DNA of 64,000 nucleotides from Polyangiales bacterium (GTDB taxonomy: Bacteria > Myxococcota_A > Polyangia > Polyangiales > JADJQN01), in NCBI GenBank assembly GCA_964202905.1, contig CAXNJO010000001.1, positions 768,001 through 832,000 of the forward strand, written 5' to 3'. The translations under genes were made by a program, and so were the position numbers. Shown here piece by piece: positions 29,464-39,870 of the stretch. How positions within the stretch are numbered: the first letter of the stretch is position 1; every line of letters begins with the position of its first letter. The notes beneath the pieces are model-generated. The model ran no database searches. It worked only from the letters and a program-made list of their open reading frames with translations, and had not been told where the DNA came from.

Positions 29464-30792
29464 TCAGTCGCGCTGGAAGAGCACGTTTTGTGTGGCGTCG
29501 TTGTCGTAGAACTGCCACGCGCGGTCGAAGGTGATCGCGCCGAAGGTGTTGATCGCGACGGCGAGCACGGCGAGCAGCCAGAAGCCCGGCCCGAAGCGCC
29601 GCCGCGAGAGCGCGAGCAGCGCGAAGAGGAAGGGCAGGTAGTCGAGCGCGAAGCGGTAGCCGAACTGGATCCAGCCGCTGTTCTGGTAGAGCAGGTTGAA
29701 CACGCACACCGCCGCGCTCGCCGCGAAGAGCCCGACCATCGTCGCGTCCACGCGCTTCGGCCAGAGCGCGGTGAGCAGGTTGGGCGTCGTCAGCCAGAGC
29801 GCGAGACCATGTCGGCTGATGGTGATGTACGGCGCTTGCGCCGAGAGCCACGGCAGCCCGGCCGCGAACACGGCGAGGTTCTTCGCGAGGTAGTGGTAGT
29901 TGAAGAGGCCCCAGCGCTCGATGCGCGCGCTCCACGCGATCTGCAGGTAGCGGTGGCCGAACTCGAACGGGTCGTGGAAGCGCGCGTGGTTCATCCACAT
30001 CGCGATCGCGCCGATCACGAGGATGGGCGCCGCGAACACCGCCACGCTGCGCAGAAGCGGCGCCAGCTGCGCGCCGCGCAGCCATACGTAGAGCTTCCGC
30101 CAGACGAGCGCGTCCTCGGGCGCCTCGGGTGCGTCGGGGCGGCGCGCGACGCGCAGCGCCTCGATCGCGAAGAAGAGCACGGCGACGGCCGTGTTCGGCC
30201 GCGTCATGAAGCAGAGGCCGAGCATCAGCCCCGCGAGCAGCGGCCGCCGCGCGTCGAGCGAGAAGAGCGCGTAGAGCAGCAGCAGGCTCACCGCGACGAC
30301 GTGCGCCGCGAACCACACCGCGCCCTGCACCGCGACGAAGAAGAACACCGTGCCGAAGGCGAAGAGCAGGCTGAGCGCGAGGTCCTCGCCCCAGCGCCGG
30401 CCGCTCGCGAAGCGCTCGCGCAGCGCGCGCAGCAGCACGTAGAGCAGGGCGGGCGCGGCCCCGGCGACGATGGCCCAGAAGAGCCGGTCGAGCGTGCGCT
30501 CCTTCCAGATCGCGACCGCGGGCAGGATGAGCACCGCGGGCACGGGCGGGAACGAGACGTACCAGCGCCCCTCGAAGAGCGCCCAGTCGTTGTTGCCCGG
30601 GGGCCGATCGCCGAGCACCGCGAGCTGCCCCTCGAGGAAGCTCAGCGCGAGGTGCACGAAGTGGTTGTCGGGCGAGGGCGTCGCGCGGCGGTCGCCGAGC
30701 ACGAGCACGTACACGAGCGCGCAGCCGACGAAGAGCGCGGCGGGGACGCCGAGGCGACGGAGGGGGGCGCTCGGGCCCGCGGCGGCTGCCAT
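29464..30792 (-). CDS. Polytopic membrane protein, GT-C glycosyltransferase-like
   Basis: About 10 TM helices; YVSFPP.PA, LFAFGT, TRP, NHARFHDPFEFG, GWIQFGYRFALDYLP. Start chosen from the upstream TATGCT box. Confidence 0.6.
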   Translation of the reverse strand: MAAAAGPSAPLRRLGVPAALFVGCALVYVLVLGDRRATPSPDNHFVHLALSFLEGQLAVLGDRPPGNNDWALFEGRWYVSFPPVPAVLILPAVAIWKERTLDRLFWAIVAGAAPALLYVLLRALRERFASGRRWGEDLALSLLFAFGTVFFFVAVQGAVWFAAHVVAVSLLLLYALFSLDARRPLLAGLMLGLCFMTRPNTAVAVLFFAIEALRVARRPDAPEAPEDALVWRKLYVWLRGAQLAPLLRSVAVFAAPILVIGAIAMWMNHARFHDPFEFGHRYLQIAWSARIERWGLFNYHYLAKNLAVFAAGLPWLSAQAPYITISRHGLALWLTTPNLLTALWPKRVDATMVGLFAASAAVCVFNLLYQNSGWIQFGYRFALDYLPFLFALLALSRRRFGPGFWLLAVLAVAINTFGAITFDRAWQFYDNDATQNVLFQRD

Positions 30793-30860
30793 GTCGCGCG
30801 CGAGCATAGCGGCCGGGTCCACGGGGACAAGCGCGGGCGGGAGCCCGGGAGGCGGCGCGC

Positions 30861-30889
30861 TTGACCGCCCCCGGACGCGGTCTTAGAAG
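30861..30889 (+). promoter_or_regulatory. sigma70-like promoter of mrp (likely leaderless)
   Basis: TTGACC-N17-TAGAAG ending 8 nt before ATG 30898. Confidence 0.55.
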
Positions 30890-30897
30890 GCCGCGCG

Positions 30898-32049
30898 ATG
30901 CACGCCTCCCCGCCCTCGCAGGCCGCCGTCGAGGCCGCCGTCTCCGCCCTCATCGACCCGACCTTCGAGCGGCCGCTCGGCGAGCTCGGCCTCATCGACG
31001 AGGTGCGCATCGAGCCCCGTGACGCCGGCGAGGCCGCGTCGGCGGAGGCGGGCGTGCGCGCGCACCTGCGGCTGCGGCTCGTCGCGCCGAGCGACGCGCA
31101 CAAGGCCCGCGTCGAGGCCGCGGCGCGGGAGGCGCTCGCGCTGCTCGGCGTCGCGGAGGTCGTCGTCGCGTGGGAGCTCGCGGTGCCGATGCGCTCGCTC
31201 ACCGGCGAAGATCCCGTCCCCGGCGTGAAGAACGTCGTGCTCGTGATGAGCGGCAAGGGCGGCGTCGGCAAGAGCACCTGCGCCGCGAACCTCGCGCTCG
31301 CGCTGCAGCGCGCGGGCGCGCGCGTCGGCCTGCTCGACGCTGACGTGTACGGGCCGAGCGTGCCGACGATGTTCGGCCTCGAGGGCGGGCACCCGACGAG
31401 CGGCGACGGCGTGCACATCGACCCGCTCGAGCGCTTCGGCGTGAAGCTCATGAGCATCGGCTTCCTCGTCGAGGACGCGAAGCAGGCGGTCGTCTGGCGC
31501 GGACCGATGCTCTCGGGCGCGCTGACGCAGTTCCTGAAGGACGTCGACTGGGGGCGCCTCGACTACCTCCTGCTCGATCTGCCGCCCGGCACCGGGGACG
31601 TCGCGCTCACGCTCGCGCAGCGCGTGAAGGTCACGGGCGCGGTGATGGTGACGACGCCGCAGGAGGTCGCGCTCGTCGACGTCTACAAGGCCGTGTCGAT
31701 GTGCGAGAAGCTCTCGCTCCCGGTGCTCGGCGTCGTCGAGAACATGAGCTACTTCGTCGACACCGCGGGCGTGCGGCACGACCTCTTCGGCAAGGGCGGG
31801 GGCGAGAAGATCGCCGAGTTCGCGAAGGCGCCGCTCCTCGGCCAGGTGCCGATCGAGCAGGCCGTCCGCGAGTGGGGCGACAAGGGCACGCCCATCGTGC
31901 AGGCCGCGCCCGGCAGCGCGAGCGCGCTCGCCTTCGCAGAGATCGCCGACAAACTCGCGCGCAGCCTCGCCGTCGCGCAGTGGAAGCGCAGCGGCGGCGC
32001 GAAGGCGCCCTCGGGCGCGGGGCCGACGCGCCTCAAGATCGTGCGCTGA
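30898..32049 (+). CDS. mrp: Mrp/ApbC/NBP35 Fe-S cluster carrier ATPase
   Basis: N-terminal DUF59-like region (DPTFERPLGELG), SGKGGVGKST, DADVYGPS, WRGPM, DLPPGTGD, VTTPQ, VENMS. Confidence 0.93.
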   Translation: MHASPPSQAAVEAAVSALIDPTFERPLGELGLIDEVRIEPRDAGEAASAEAGVRAHLRLRLVAPSDAHKARVEAAAREALALLGVAEVVVAWELAVPMRSLTGEDPVPGVKNVVLVMSGKGGVGKSTCAANLALALQRAGARVGLLDADVYGPSVPTMFGLEGGHPTSGDGVHIDPLERFGVKLMSIGFLVEDAKQAVVWRGPMLSGALTQFLKDVDWGRLDYLLLDLPPGTGDVALTLAQRVKVTGAVMVTTPQEVALVDVYKAVSMCEKLSLPVLGVVENMSYFVDTAGVRHDLFGKGGGEKIAEFAKAPLLGQVPIEQAVREWGDKGTPIVQAAPGSASALAFAEIADKLARSLAVAQWKRSGGAKAPSGAGPTRLKIVR

Positions 32050-32089
32050 TCCGCCTCTTCGCCGCGCTGGCGGCGCGCGGTGCAGACAC

Positions 32090-32194
32090 CGCAAGGATGT
32101 TGCGATGTCGCGCGCCCGGTGGCCCGCGAACACCGCGCCGCCCGCGGACACCGCGTCACCCGCGGACGTCGCAAGGACGTTGCGATGTCGCGCG
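32090..32194 (+). repeat. 25-bp direct repeat pair, 80-bp period
   Basis: cgcaaggatgttgcgatgtcgcgcg (32090-32114) and cgcaaggacgttgcgatgtcgcgcg (32170-32194), one mismatch, between convergent genes. Confidence 0.85.
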
Positions 32195-32203
32195 GCGCGG
32201 CGA

Positions 32204-32698
32204 TCACGCCGCGATGGGCGTGTTGCGGCGCGCGCCGAGGTGCAGCGGAGAGCGCCAGGCCTCGTCGCCGCGGCCGGGGAGCACCGTGCGCGAGGGGACG
32301 CCATCGAAGGCGACGCCCATCGCCGGCTGCTGACCCGCCTGCACCCAGGCGATGCGGCATGGGAACACGTACTCGACGCCCGAGGCCACGAGGCCGACGC
32401 GCACGATCGTGCGGTCGCCGACCGCGCCCGGTGACGCCGTGACGATGGCGAGGCCCCCACCGGAGGCGTTGAGCACCTGCCCCGCGCCGAAGCCGCCCGG
32501 CAGCGTGAACTGCACGCCGACGGGGGAGGGCACGCGCGGCATGCCGCGGCGCGGGTCGCGGCCCGGCGTGTCGCCCGAGAGCAGCTGCTCGAGGCCGAGC
32601 AGGTGGGCGCGCTCCTCCGCGTCGAGGGCGATCGCGAGCTTCTCCTCCTTCGCGAGGAGCAGACGGTAGGCGTAGACCATCTCGAAGAAGTCGTGCAT
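32204..32698 (-). CDS. PilZ-domain (c-di-GMP receptor-like) protein
   Basis: RRGMPR (RxxxR) and NASGGG ([D/N]xSxxG) motifs; C-terminal IAWV...MGVAF. Confidence 0.8.
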   Translation of the reverse strand: MHDFFEMVYAYRLLLAKEEKLAIALDAEERAHLLGLEQLLSGDTPGRDPRRGMPRVPSPVGVQFTLPGGFGAGQVLNASGGGLAIVTASPGAVGDRTIVRVGLVASGVEYVFPCRIAWVQAGQQPAMGVAFDGVPSRTVLPGRGDEAWRSPLHLGARRNTPIAA

Positions 32699-32762
32699 CG
32701 CAGGCTCCGCGTTCGTCGTGGCGTGGACGTCCCGGCGAAGAGGAAGTTTCAACGTTCCGCTC

Positions 32763-32778
32763 AGCAACCCCCGTGCCG
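32763..32778 (-). promoter_or_regulatory. sigma54 (-24/-12) promoter upstream of PilZ gene
   Basis: Minus strand CGGCACGGGGGTTGCT matches YGGCACG-N4-TTGCW, about 65 nt upstream of ATG 32698. Confidence 0.65.
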
Positions 32779-32926
32779 TGCGGGATCTTCCCGCGATCAC
32801 GCGGCGTCGCGCGTCGACGTGACGGGGCCGCGGCGCCACGGCGCGACATCCCTGTCACGGCCGTGACGTTTTCCCCACGGTGGCCCCTCGCCGCGTCGCG
32901 CGCCGCGTGCGACACGTGACGACGCG

Positions 32927-34348
32927 ATGGATCTCTTCGACGACGCCGACGCGCGCAGCCCGGATGGCGCGCCCCTCGCCGAGCGCATGCGCCCCGCGCG
33001 CCTCGAGGACGTCGTGGGCCAGGCGCACCTGCTCGCGGAGGGGAAGCTGCTCGCGGGCGCGATCCGCGGCGACCGCGTGCCCTCGATGATCCTCTGGGGC
33101 CCGCCCGGCACGGGGAAGACGACGCTCGCGCGGGTCATCGCGGGGGAGACGCGCGCGCGGTTCGCCGCGTTCAGCGCGGTGCTCGGCGGCGTGCCGGAGC
33201 TGCGGAAGCTGCTCGCGGAGGCCGCCGAGGAGAAGCGGCTTCACGGCCGCCGCACGATCCTCTTCGTCGACGAGATCCACCGCTTCAACAAGGCGCAGCA
33301 GGACGCGCTCCTCCCGCACGTCGAGCGCGGCGCGGTGGTGCTCGTCGGCGCGACCACGGAGAATCCGTCGTTCGCGGTGAACGCCGCGCTGCTCTCGCGG
33401 GCGCGCGTGTTCCGCCTCGAGTCGCTCGGCCCCGAAGCGATCGTGCGCCTGCTCGAGCGCGCGCTCGCGGACGGCACGCGCGGGCTCGGCGGGCTCGGGC
33501 TCCTCGTCGACGCGGACGCGCTCGCGGCCATCGCGGAGGGCGCGCGGGGCGACGCGCGTCGCGCGCTCGACGTGCTCGAGACGGCGGCGCGGCACGCGGT
33601 CGCGAGCGGCGCGCCGCGGCTCGACGCGGCCGTCGTCGACGAGGCGCTCGCGCAGCGCACGTTGCTCTACGACAAGAGCGGCGACGCGCACTACGACGTC
33701 GTCAGCGCCTTCATCAAGTCGCTCCGCGGCACGGACCCGGACGCCGGGATCTATTGGCTGATGCGCATGATCGAGGCCGGCGACGACCCGCTCTTCGTGC
33801 TGCGGCGGATGATCATCTTCGCGAGCGAGGACATCGGCAACGCCGACCCCAACGCGCTGCACGTGGCCGTCGCCGCGGACGCCGCGTTCCGCAGGCTCGG
33901 CATGCCCGAGGGGCTCTTCGCGATCGCGCAGTGCTGCACCTATCTCGCGACCGCGCCCAAATCGAACGCGAGCTACGTCGCCTTCACCGCGGCGAAGGCC
34001 GACATCGAGGCGCACGGCGCGCTGCGCGTCCCGCTGCGGCTCCGCAACGCGCCGACCACGCTGCTCCGCCGCGAGGGGCACGGCCGCGACTACCGCTACC
34101 CGCACGACGAGGGCGGCTTCGCGCGCGGCGAGAGCTACCTGCCGGAGGGGCTCGAGGGGCGCCGCTACTACGTGCCGAAGCGCAGCGGCTACGAGCAGCG
34201 CATCGCCGAGCGGCTCGCGCGGCTGCGCGCGGAGGGGCCGCCCGTCGAGGAGACATCGGCGTCGAGGCCGCCCGATGCCGACGGGGAGGCTGCCGACCCA
34301 GGGGCGCAGGACGTCGCGGGGGACGCGCCCGGTCGCGCGTCGCCCTGA
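32927..34348 (+). CDS. rarA: Replication-associated recombination protein A (MgsA/RarA AAA+ ATPase)
   Basis: [68 protein letters not shown]. Confidence 0.96.
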   Translation: MDLFDDADARSPDGAPLAERMRPARLEDVVGQAHLLAEGKLLAGAIRGDRVPSMILWGPPGTGKTTLARVIAGETRARFAAFSAVLGGVPELRKLLAEAAEEKRLHGRRTILFVDEIHRFNKAQQDALLPHVERGAVVLVGATTENPSFAVNAALLSRARVFRLESLGPEAIVRLLERALADGTRGLGGLGLLVDADALAAIAEGARGDARRALDVLETAARHAVASGAPRLDAAVVDEALAQRTLLYDKSGDAHYDVVSAFIKSLRGTDPDAGIYWLMRMIEAGDDPLFVLRRMIIFASEDIGNADPNALHVAVAADAAFRRLGMPEGLFAIAQCCTYLATAPKSNASYVAFTAAKADIEAHGALRVPLRLRNAPTTLLRREGHGRDYRYPHDEGGFARGESYLPEGLEGRRYYVPKRSGYEQRIAERLARLRAEGPPVEETSASRPPDADGEAADPGAQDVAGDAPGRASP

Positions 34349-34393
34349 GGCCGCCGCCTTCGTGCCTGCGTCCGTTCGCCACAAAGCGCGCCA

Positions 34394-34422
34394 TTGACCC
34401 CCGCGCGGCGTTCCCGTAGTTT
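34394..34422 (+). promoter_or_regulatory. sigma70-like promoter
   Basis: TTGACC-N17-TAGTTT, 13 nt before ATG 34436. Confidence 0.55.
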
Positions 34423-34435
34423 CGCGGCGCTCGGG

Positions 34436-36892
34436 ATGGAGATTCAGCCGAAGGACGTGGGCGGGGAGATTGACGCGCTGCGTCAAGCCCTCGCCGAGGA
34501 GCGCGCCGCGCGTGTCGACGCTGAGTCACGTCTCGCGGCGGAGCGCGCCGCACGCGCCGAGGCCGAGGCGCGTCTCGCGGCGTCGCCTTCTGTCGCGGAC
34601 GACGACGAGCGCCGCGCGGTCGAGCGCGCGCTCGCCGAGACGCTGGTCGCCGTGGACGCGGGCTACTGGGAGATCGACCTGCGCTCGGGCAAGACCGTGT
34701 GGTCGGACGGCGCCTACACGCTGATGGGCTATGAACCCGGCAGCGTCGAGCCCTCGAACGATCTCTGGCGCGCGTGCACGCACCCCGACGACTACGCCCG
34801 CATGATGGCGGGCCCGCTCGAGCCGAACATCGAGACGGATTACCGGATCGTGCGGCCGGACGGGACGATCCGCTGGGTGCGCTCGGCGATGAACACCGTA
34901 TTCGGGTCGGACGGTGCGCCGCACCGCATGCGCGGGATTCTCGCCGATTGCACGCGGGAGCGCGAGGTCGCGCGGCAGCTCGCGCGGCTCGCGGAGGTGG
35001 CGAGCCGCACCGACAACGGCGTCGTGATCACCGATCTCGATGGCCGCGTCGAGTGGGTCAACGAGTCCTTCATCCGGCGGACGGGCTGGACGCTCGCGGA
35101 GTCGCTCGGCAAGACGTCCTTCGACCTCGTCGTCGGCCGTCACAGCGATCGGAAGACCGTCGGACGGCTCATCGAGCACGTGCTCGCGCGCGAGCCGTTC
35201 ACCGTCGAGTTGCTCACGTATGCCCGCAGCGGGCGGCAGTCCTGGATGCATATCGAGTCGCGCGTCGCGCGCGACGAGCACGGCGTGCCGACGGGCTTCA
35301 TCGCGATCGAGACGGACATCACCGAGCGGCGCATCGCGGCGAGCCGCGACAGCCTCTCGCAGCGCGTCGCGGCGCTGCTGCTCGAGAGCAGCGCGATCGA
35401 GTCGGCGGCGGGGCAGCTCGTCGCGGAGCTGGTGCGCGAGCTCGACATCCGGGTCGCGCAGCTCTGGGTCGTCGATCCGGCGCGCCCGGAGCTCGTGCAC
35501 GTCGCGGGCGCCGCCGCGGAGATCTGCGGCGACGCGGGCTCGGCGTTCATCGAGGCGACGCGCGGGCTGGGCTTCGCGCGCGGACTCGACCGGGACGTGG
35601 GGGTCGGGCTGCCCGGCGTGGCGTGGGGGACCCTGCGCACGTTCACGGTCGACGAACTCTCGACGCCGAACGCCGACCGAGGGCGCTCGCGCCGCACCGC
35701 GGAGGCGGCCGCAGCGGGGGTGAACTCGTTCTGCGCGACGCCGATCCTCGGGCCGGGCGGCGTGCTCGGGGTGATCGAGATCGCGGGCACCTCGTACTAT
35801 CCCGGGCACGAGCAGCTTCCCGCGCTGCTCGAGCGCGTGGCCGAGCAGTTCGCGGCGTTCATGCGTCACGAGCTCGTGCGCCGCGCCTTCCGCACCGTGT
35901 TCGACCAGAGCCCGGACGCGCTCCTGCTCGTCGACGTCGACGGCCGCGTCCGTGCCGCCAACACCCGCGCGCACGCGCTCTTCGCGGACGCCGACGGCGC
36001 CGCCATCGACACGCTGATCGACGGCGCCGCCGCGCTCGTCGGCGCGCGGCTCGCCGCCACGGCGCACGACGACATCGACGCGCACGCGCTCCACCGCTGC
36101 GAGGCGCGCGGCGCCGCTGGGGCGTTCTCCGCGGAGCTGAGCATCTCGGCGACGCCGGGCTCCGAGCAGCAGGCCGCCATCCTCGCGGTGCGCGACCTGA
36201 CCGAGCGGCACCGCATGGAGGCCGCGCTCACGCGCTCGCTTCGCGAGAAGGAGACGCTGCTCCGCGAGGTCCACCATCGGGTGAAGAACAACCTGCAGAT
36301 CGTCTCGAGCCTGCTCACCCTGCAGGGCGAGACGCTCGCGGACGCCGGCGCGCGCGCGGCGCTCGCGGACATGGTCCATCGCGTGCGTTCGATGTCGCTC
36401 GTGCACCAGCAGCTCTACGGCACCGAGAACCTGCACGGCGTCGATCTCGGTGAGTACGCGCTCACCCTCGGGCGCCACCTCAAGAGCTCGCTCGCGCCGG
36501 ACGCCGTGATGTCCTTCGCGACCGAGCGCGTCGAGGTCGCCATCGACGTCGCCGTGCCCTGCGGTCTCGTACTCAACGAGCTCGTCACCAACGCGCTCAA
36601 GCATGGGCGCGCCGCCGATGGGAGCTGCACGATCACCGTCGAGGTCCGGGACGCCGGCGACGCCTTCGTCCTCGTCGTCGCCGACCGCGGGCGGGGTTTC
36701 CCCGCGGTTCCCGCCGTCTCGACGTCGCTCGGCCTGCATCTCATCCGCACGCTCACGCGGCAGCTCCGCGGCAAACTCGCGATCGACGGCGGGGACGGCG
36801 CGCGCGTCTCGCTCACGGTGCCCGTTGCGCCGCGGCCACCCTCGGACGTGCCGCCGTTCGCCGCCGGTCCGAACGCCTCTACGCCGCGCTGA
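34436..36892 (+). CDS. Cytoplasmic PAS-PAS-GAF-PAS sensor histidine kinase (HisKA_2 type)
   Basis: PAS motifs (HPDDY, YRIVRPDG.IRW, DITERR), GAF (GVGLPG.AW), LLREVHHRVKNNLQ, LNELVTNALKH, DRGRG, SLGL. Confidence 0.92.
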   Translation: MEIQPKDVGGEIDALRQALAEERAARVDAESRLAAERAARAEAEARLAASPSVADDDERRAVERALAETLVAVDAGYWEIDLRSGKTVWSDGAYTLMGYEPGSVEPSNDLWRACTHPDDYARMMAGPLEPNIETDYRIVRPDGTIRWVRSAMNTVFGSDGAPHRMRGILADCTREREVARQLARLAEVASRTDNGVVITDLDGRVEWVNESFIRRTGWTLAESLGKTSFDLVVGRHSDRKTVGRLIEHVLAREPFTVELLTYARSGRQSWMHIESRVARDEHGVPTGFIAIETDITERRIAASRDSLSQRVAALLLESSAIESAAGQLVAELVRELDIRVAQLWVVDPARPELVHVAGAAAEICGDAGSAFIEATRGLGFARGLDRDVGVGLPGVAWGTLRTFTVDELSTPNADRGRSRRTAEAAAAGVNSFCATPILGPGGVLGVIEIAGTSYYPGHEQLPALLERVAEQFAAFMRHELVRRAFRTVFDQSPDALLLVDVDGRVRAANTRAHALFADADGAAIDTLIDGAAALVGARLAATAHDDIDAHALHRCEARGAAGAFSAELSISATPGSEQQAAILAVRDLTERHRMEAALTRSLREKETLLREVHHRVKNNLQIVSSLLTLQGETLADAGARAALADMVHRVRSMSLVHQQLYGTENLHGVDLGEYALTLGRHLKSSLAPDAVMSFATERVEVAIDVAVPCGLVLNELVTNALKHGRAADGSCTITVEVRDAGDAFVLVVADRGRGFPAVPAVSTSLGLHLIRTLTRQLRGKLAIDGGDGARVSLTVPVAPRPPSDVPPFAAGPNASTPR

Positions 36893-36901
36893 CCACGAAC
36901 G

Positions 36902-38531
36902 TCAGGCCGCGCGCGCGTCGTCCTCCTCGCGCGGGCAGTGCACGGTGAAGCGCGCCCCCGCGGGCGTGGACTCGACCTCGAGGCGCGCGCGGAGCTGGCG
37001 CACGAGCGACTCCACGATCTGCGCGCCGAGCGAGCGGCGTCGCAGCGTCGACCACGCTTCCGTGAAGCCGCGCCCCCCGTCGGACACGCGCAGCACGAAG
37101 CGGTCCGCCCCGCGCCGCACCTCGATGGTGACGCGGCAGACGCCGTCCTCCCCGCGCCCGTGCTTGAAGGCGTTGGTGATGAGCTCGTTGAGGATGAGCC
37201 CGCACGGGAGCGCCTGCGCGAGCGCGACGGGGAAGGCGTCGACCTCGACCCGCAGCTCGCTGCGCGGATCGAACGCGCCGCGCAGCTCCCCGGCGAGCGC
37301 GCGCGCGTATTCGCCCAGTTCGATCGAGGCGAAGTCCGTCCCGCTGTAGAGCTGCTGGTGGATGAGCGCCATCGTGCGGACGCGGTGCGTGCTGTCGTCG
37401 AGCGCGGCGCGTGACTCGGGCGTCGTCGCGGTCGAGGCCTGCATGCTGAGCAGGCTCGAGACGACCTGCAGGTTGTTCTTCACGCGGTGGTGGACCTCCT
37501 GCAGGAGCGTCTCCTTCTCGCGCAGCGCCAGCGAGAGCCGACGCTCGGCCTCGACGCGGAGCGCGACATCCGTCGCCCCGACGAGGGCGAAGCGCTCGCC
37601 CGCGATCTCGAGCGGCACGACGCGCGTCTCGACGACGAGCGGCGCCCCGTCGGCGCGGCGTGCGCTGCCGATTCGGTCTGCGCGTGCGTCTGAAGTCGAT
37701 ACCATCGTCCGTGATGCCCGTGCATCGGCGCGCGGCGGACGCGAGCGCCGGGTCGTCGAAGAGCGCGCCGAGCGTGCGCGGCTCCGCGGCGCCCTCCGCG
37801 CCGAAGAGGGCGCGCGCGGCCTCGTTGCGCTGCGCGATCCCGCCATCGGCGTCGACCACGAGCAGCGCCTGCGGCGTCCGCGCGAAGAGCTCCTCGAACT
37901 GCCGGTGCAGCGCGGCCTCGCGCGTCGCGAGCGCGCGGAGGGCGCCGCGGCTCTGCGCCTCGAGGGCGAGCGCGCGCTCGAGGCCGCTGACGAGGTAGGT
38001 CGCCGGCAGCCCGACGAAGCTCGCGACACACACGATGCTCGACGCAGTGGTCACCCACCACGCGAGCTGGACGGGCGTCCCCGCGATCGTCCAGGGCGCC
38101 GTGTCGCTCACGACGCCCCAGAGCACGATCATGCTCGCGACGACGCCGACCTGCGCGATCCAGAAGGCGCGCCGATCGAACAGGACCCCCGCGAGCGCGG
38201 GCACGGCGCCGAGCCACACGGCCCCGAGACTGAGCGGGCCGACCACGGCGAGGAGCACGTGTCCCGCGAGGCCCGGCAGCAGCGTGATGAACATCGCGCG
38301 CACGCGGTCAGGGAGGCGCGCGCGCCAAGCGATCACGAGGAGCACCCAGCAGACGGCGTCGAAGACCGCGATCGCGGGGACGTCGTTGAGGAGCGAGAGC
38401 CAGATGCCGCCGATGACCGGCACCGTCGCGAGCACGGCGATGGCGGCGATGAGCTTGTCGAGGATCGCGGCGCGGAGACCGTCGAACTCGAGGGAGTCGC
38501 GCGCGGGCTCCGGCTCGGGGTCGGGCGGCAT
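36902..38531 (-). CDS. Membrane-bound PAS sensor histidine kinase (HisKA_2); frameshift about 37680-37740
   Basis: N-terminal multi-TM region and PAS start in ORF 36879..38531; EVHHRVKNNLQ, NELITNAFKH and SDGGRG in ORF 36902..38029. Confidence 0.85.
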
Positions 38532-38584
38532 CGGCCGCGAGGATACGCCGCCGGGCCGCGCTTGTGGCGGGGGGACGCGCGCGT

Positions 38585-39815
38585 ATGTCGCTGCGCATGC
38601 AGAACCTGCGACCGACGGGCCCCGCGGTACCGCACGCGACGGATGTCGCGGCCGACCTGATGCTCCGCTTCGCCTCGCGCACGGGCCTCGCGACGCGGCA
38701 TGCGCCGCGCCGCTACCTCTGGACGGACGCGTTCGCCGTCCGCAACTTCCTCGCCCTCGCGCGGCGCACCGGGGACGCGCGTCACCGCGAGCTCGCGCTG
38801 CGCCTCGTCGATCAGGTGCACGCGGTGCTCGGCCGCCACCGCCCCGACGATGCGCGCACGGGCTGGCTCAGCGGACTCGACGAGCACGAGGGTGCGCGGC
38901 ATCCGACGCGCGGTGGGCTGCGCATCGGCAAGCCGCTTCCCGAGCGGCGCCCCGGCGAGCCCTTCGACGAGCGGCTCGAGTGGGATCGCGAGGGGCAGTA
39001 CTTTCACTACCTGACGCAGTGGATGCGCACCCTCGACGAGGTGGCGCGCTTCACGGGTGACACGCGCCATCGCCTCGCGGCGCGCGAGCTCGCGGGCGTC
39101 GCGCACGCGGCGTTCAAGGCGGGCGGCGCCCTGCTCGCGACGAGCCCCGACGAGCCACCTCGCCTCGCGTGGAAGATGAGCGTCGATCTCACGCGGCCGC
39201 TCGTCCCCTCGATGGGGCACCACGATCCGCTCGAGGGTTTTCTCACCTTTCTCGCGCTGCAGCCCGATGCCGAGCGGGTGCCCGAGCCTTGGGAGGGCGC
39301 CGATCTCCGGGGCGCGCTCGCCGATCTCGCGGTGCTCGTCGACGGGGCCGACTGGACGACGACGGACCCGCTCGGACTCGGCGGGCTGCTGACCGATCTG
39401 CGCCGCACCGAGCGCCTGATCGAGTCCGGCGCGCTCGGCGACGAGGCGCTCTTCGAGGCGATCGTGGTCGCCGTGCGCATGGGGCTCTCGCGCTACGTGC
39501 AGGAGAGCGAGCTTCGTCTGCCCGCGTCGCACCGCCTCGCCTTCCGCGAGCTGGGCCTCGCCATCGGCCTCGCGAGACGTCGCGCGCACGCTCGAGGAGC
39601 TGGGGGGACAGGGGCGTGCGCTGCCCGGCGCCGCGCGCCGCGCGGGGCTGCTCGCGACGCTCGCGCCGTACCAGCGTCTCGGCCCGGCGATCGTGGGCTT
39701 CTGGCTCGCGTCCGCGCACCGGGCCGCGCCGAGCTGGGTCGAGCATTCGGACCTGAACGACGTGATGCTCGCCGCGAGCCTGCTGCCCGCGCAGGGCCTC
39801 GACGTTGTCGCCTAG
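38585..39815 (+). CDS. Conserved hypothetical protein (RRYLWTDAF / GGLRIGK family); +1 frameshift about 39572-39578
   Basis: RRYLWTDAFAV, HPTRGGLRIGK, EGQYFHYLTQW, WKMSVDL.RPLVPSMGHHDPL, RLAFRELGLAIGL. The shifted frame continues ...FW...WVEHSDLNDVMLAASLLP to TAG at 39813-39815. Confidence 0.75.
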
Positions 39816-39826
39816 CGCGGCGGGGC

Positions 39827-39865
39827 GCGATCCCCCGGGGAACAGGCGCGTTCCCGGGGGATCGC
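39827..39865. terminator. Strong hairpin between convergent genes
   Basis: gcgatcccccgggg-aac...gttcccgggggatcgc; about 16-bp stem with one bulged G; no U-tract. Confidence 0.55.
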
Positions 39866-39870
39866 CGCGA

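Noticed and set aside
32090..32194. Possible mini CRISPR array
   Set aside because: Only two repeats, a 55-bp spacer and no cas genes; kept as a plain direct repeat.
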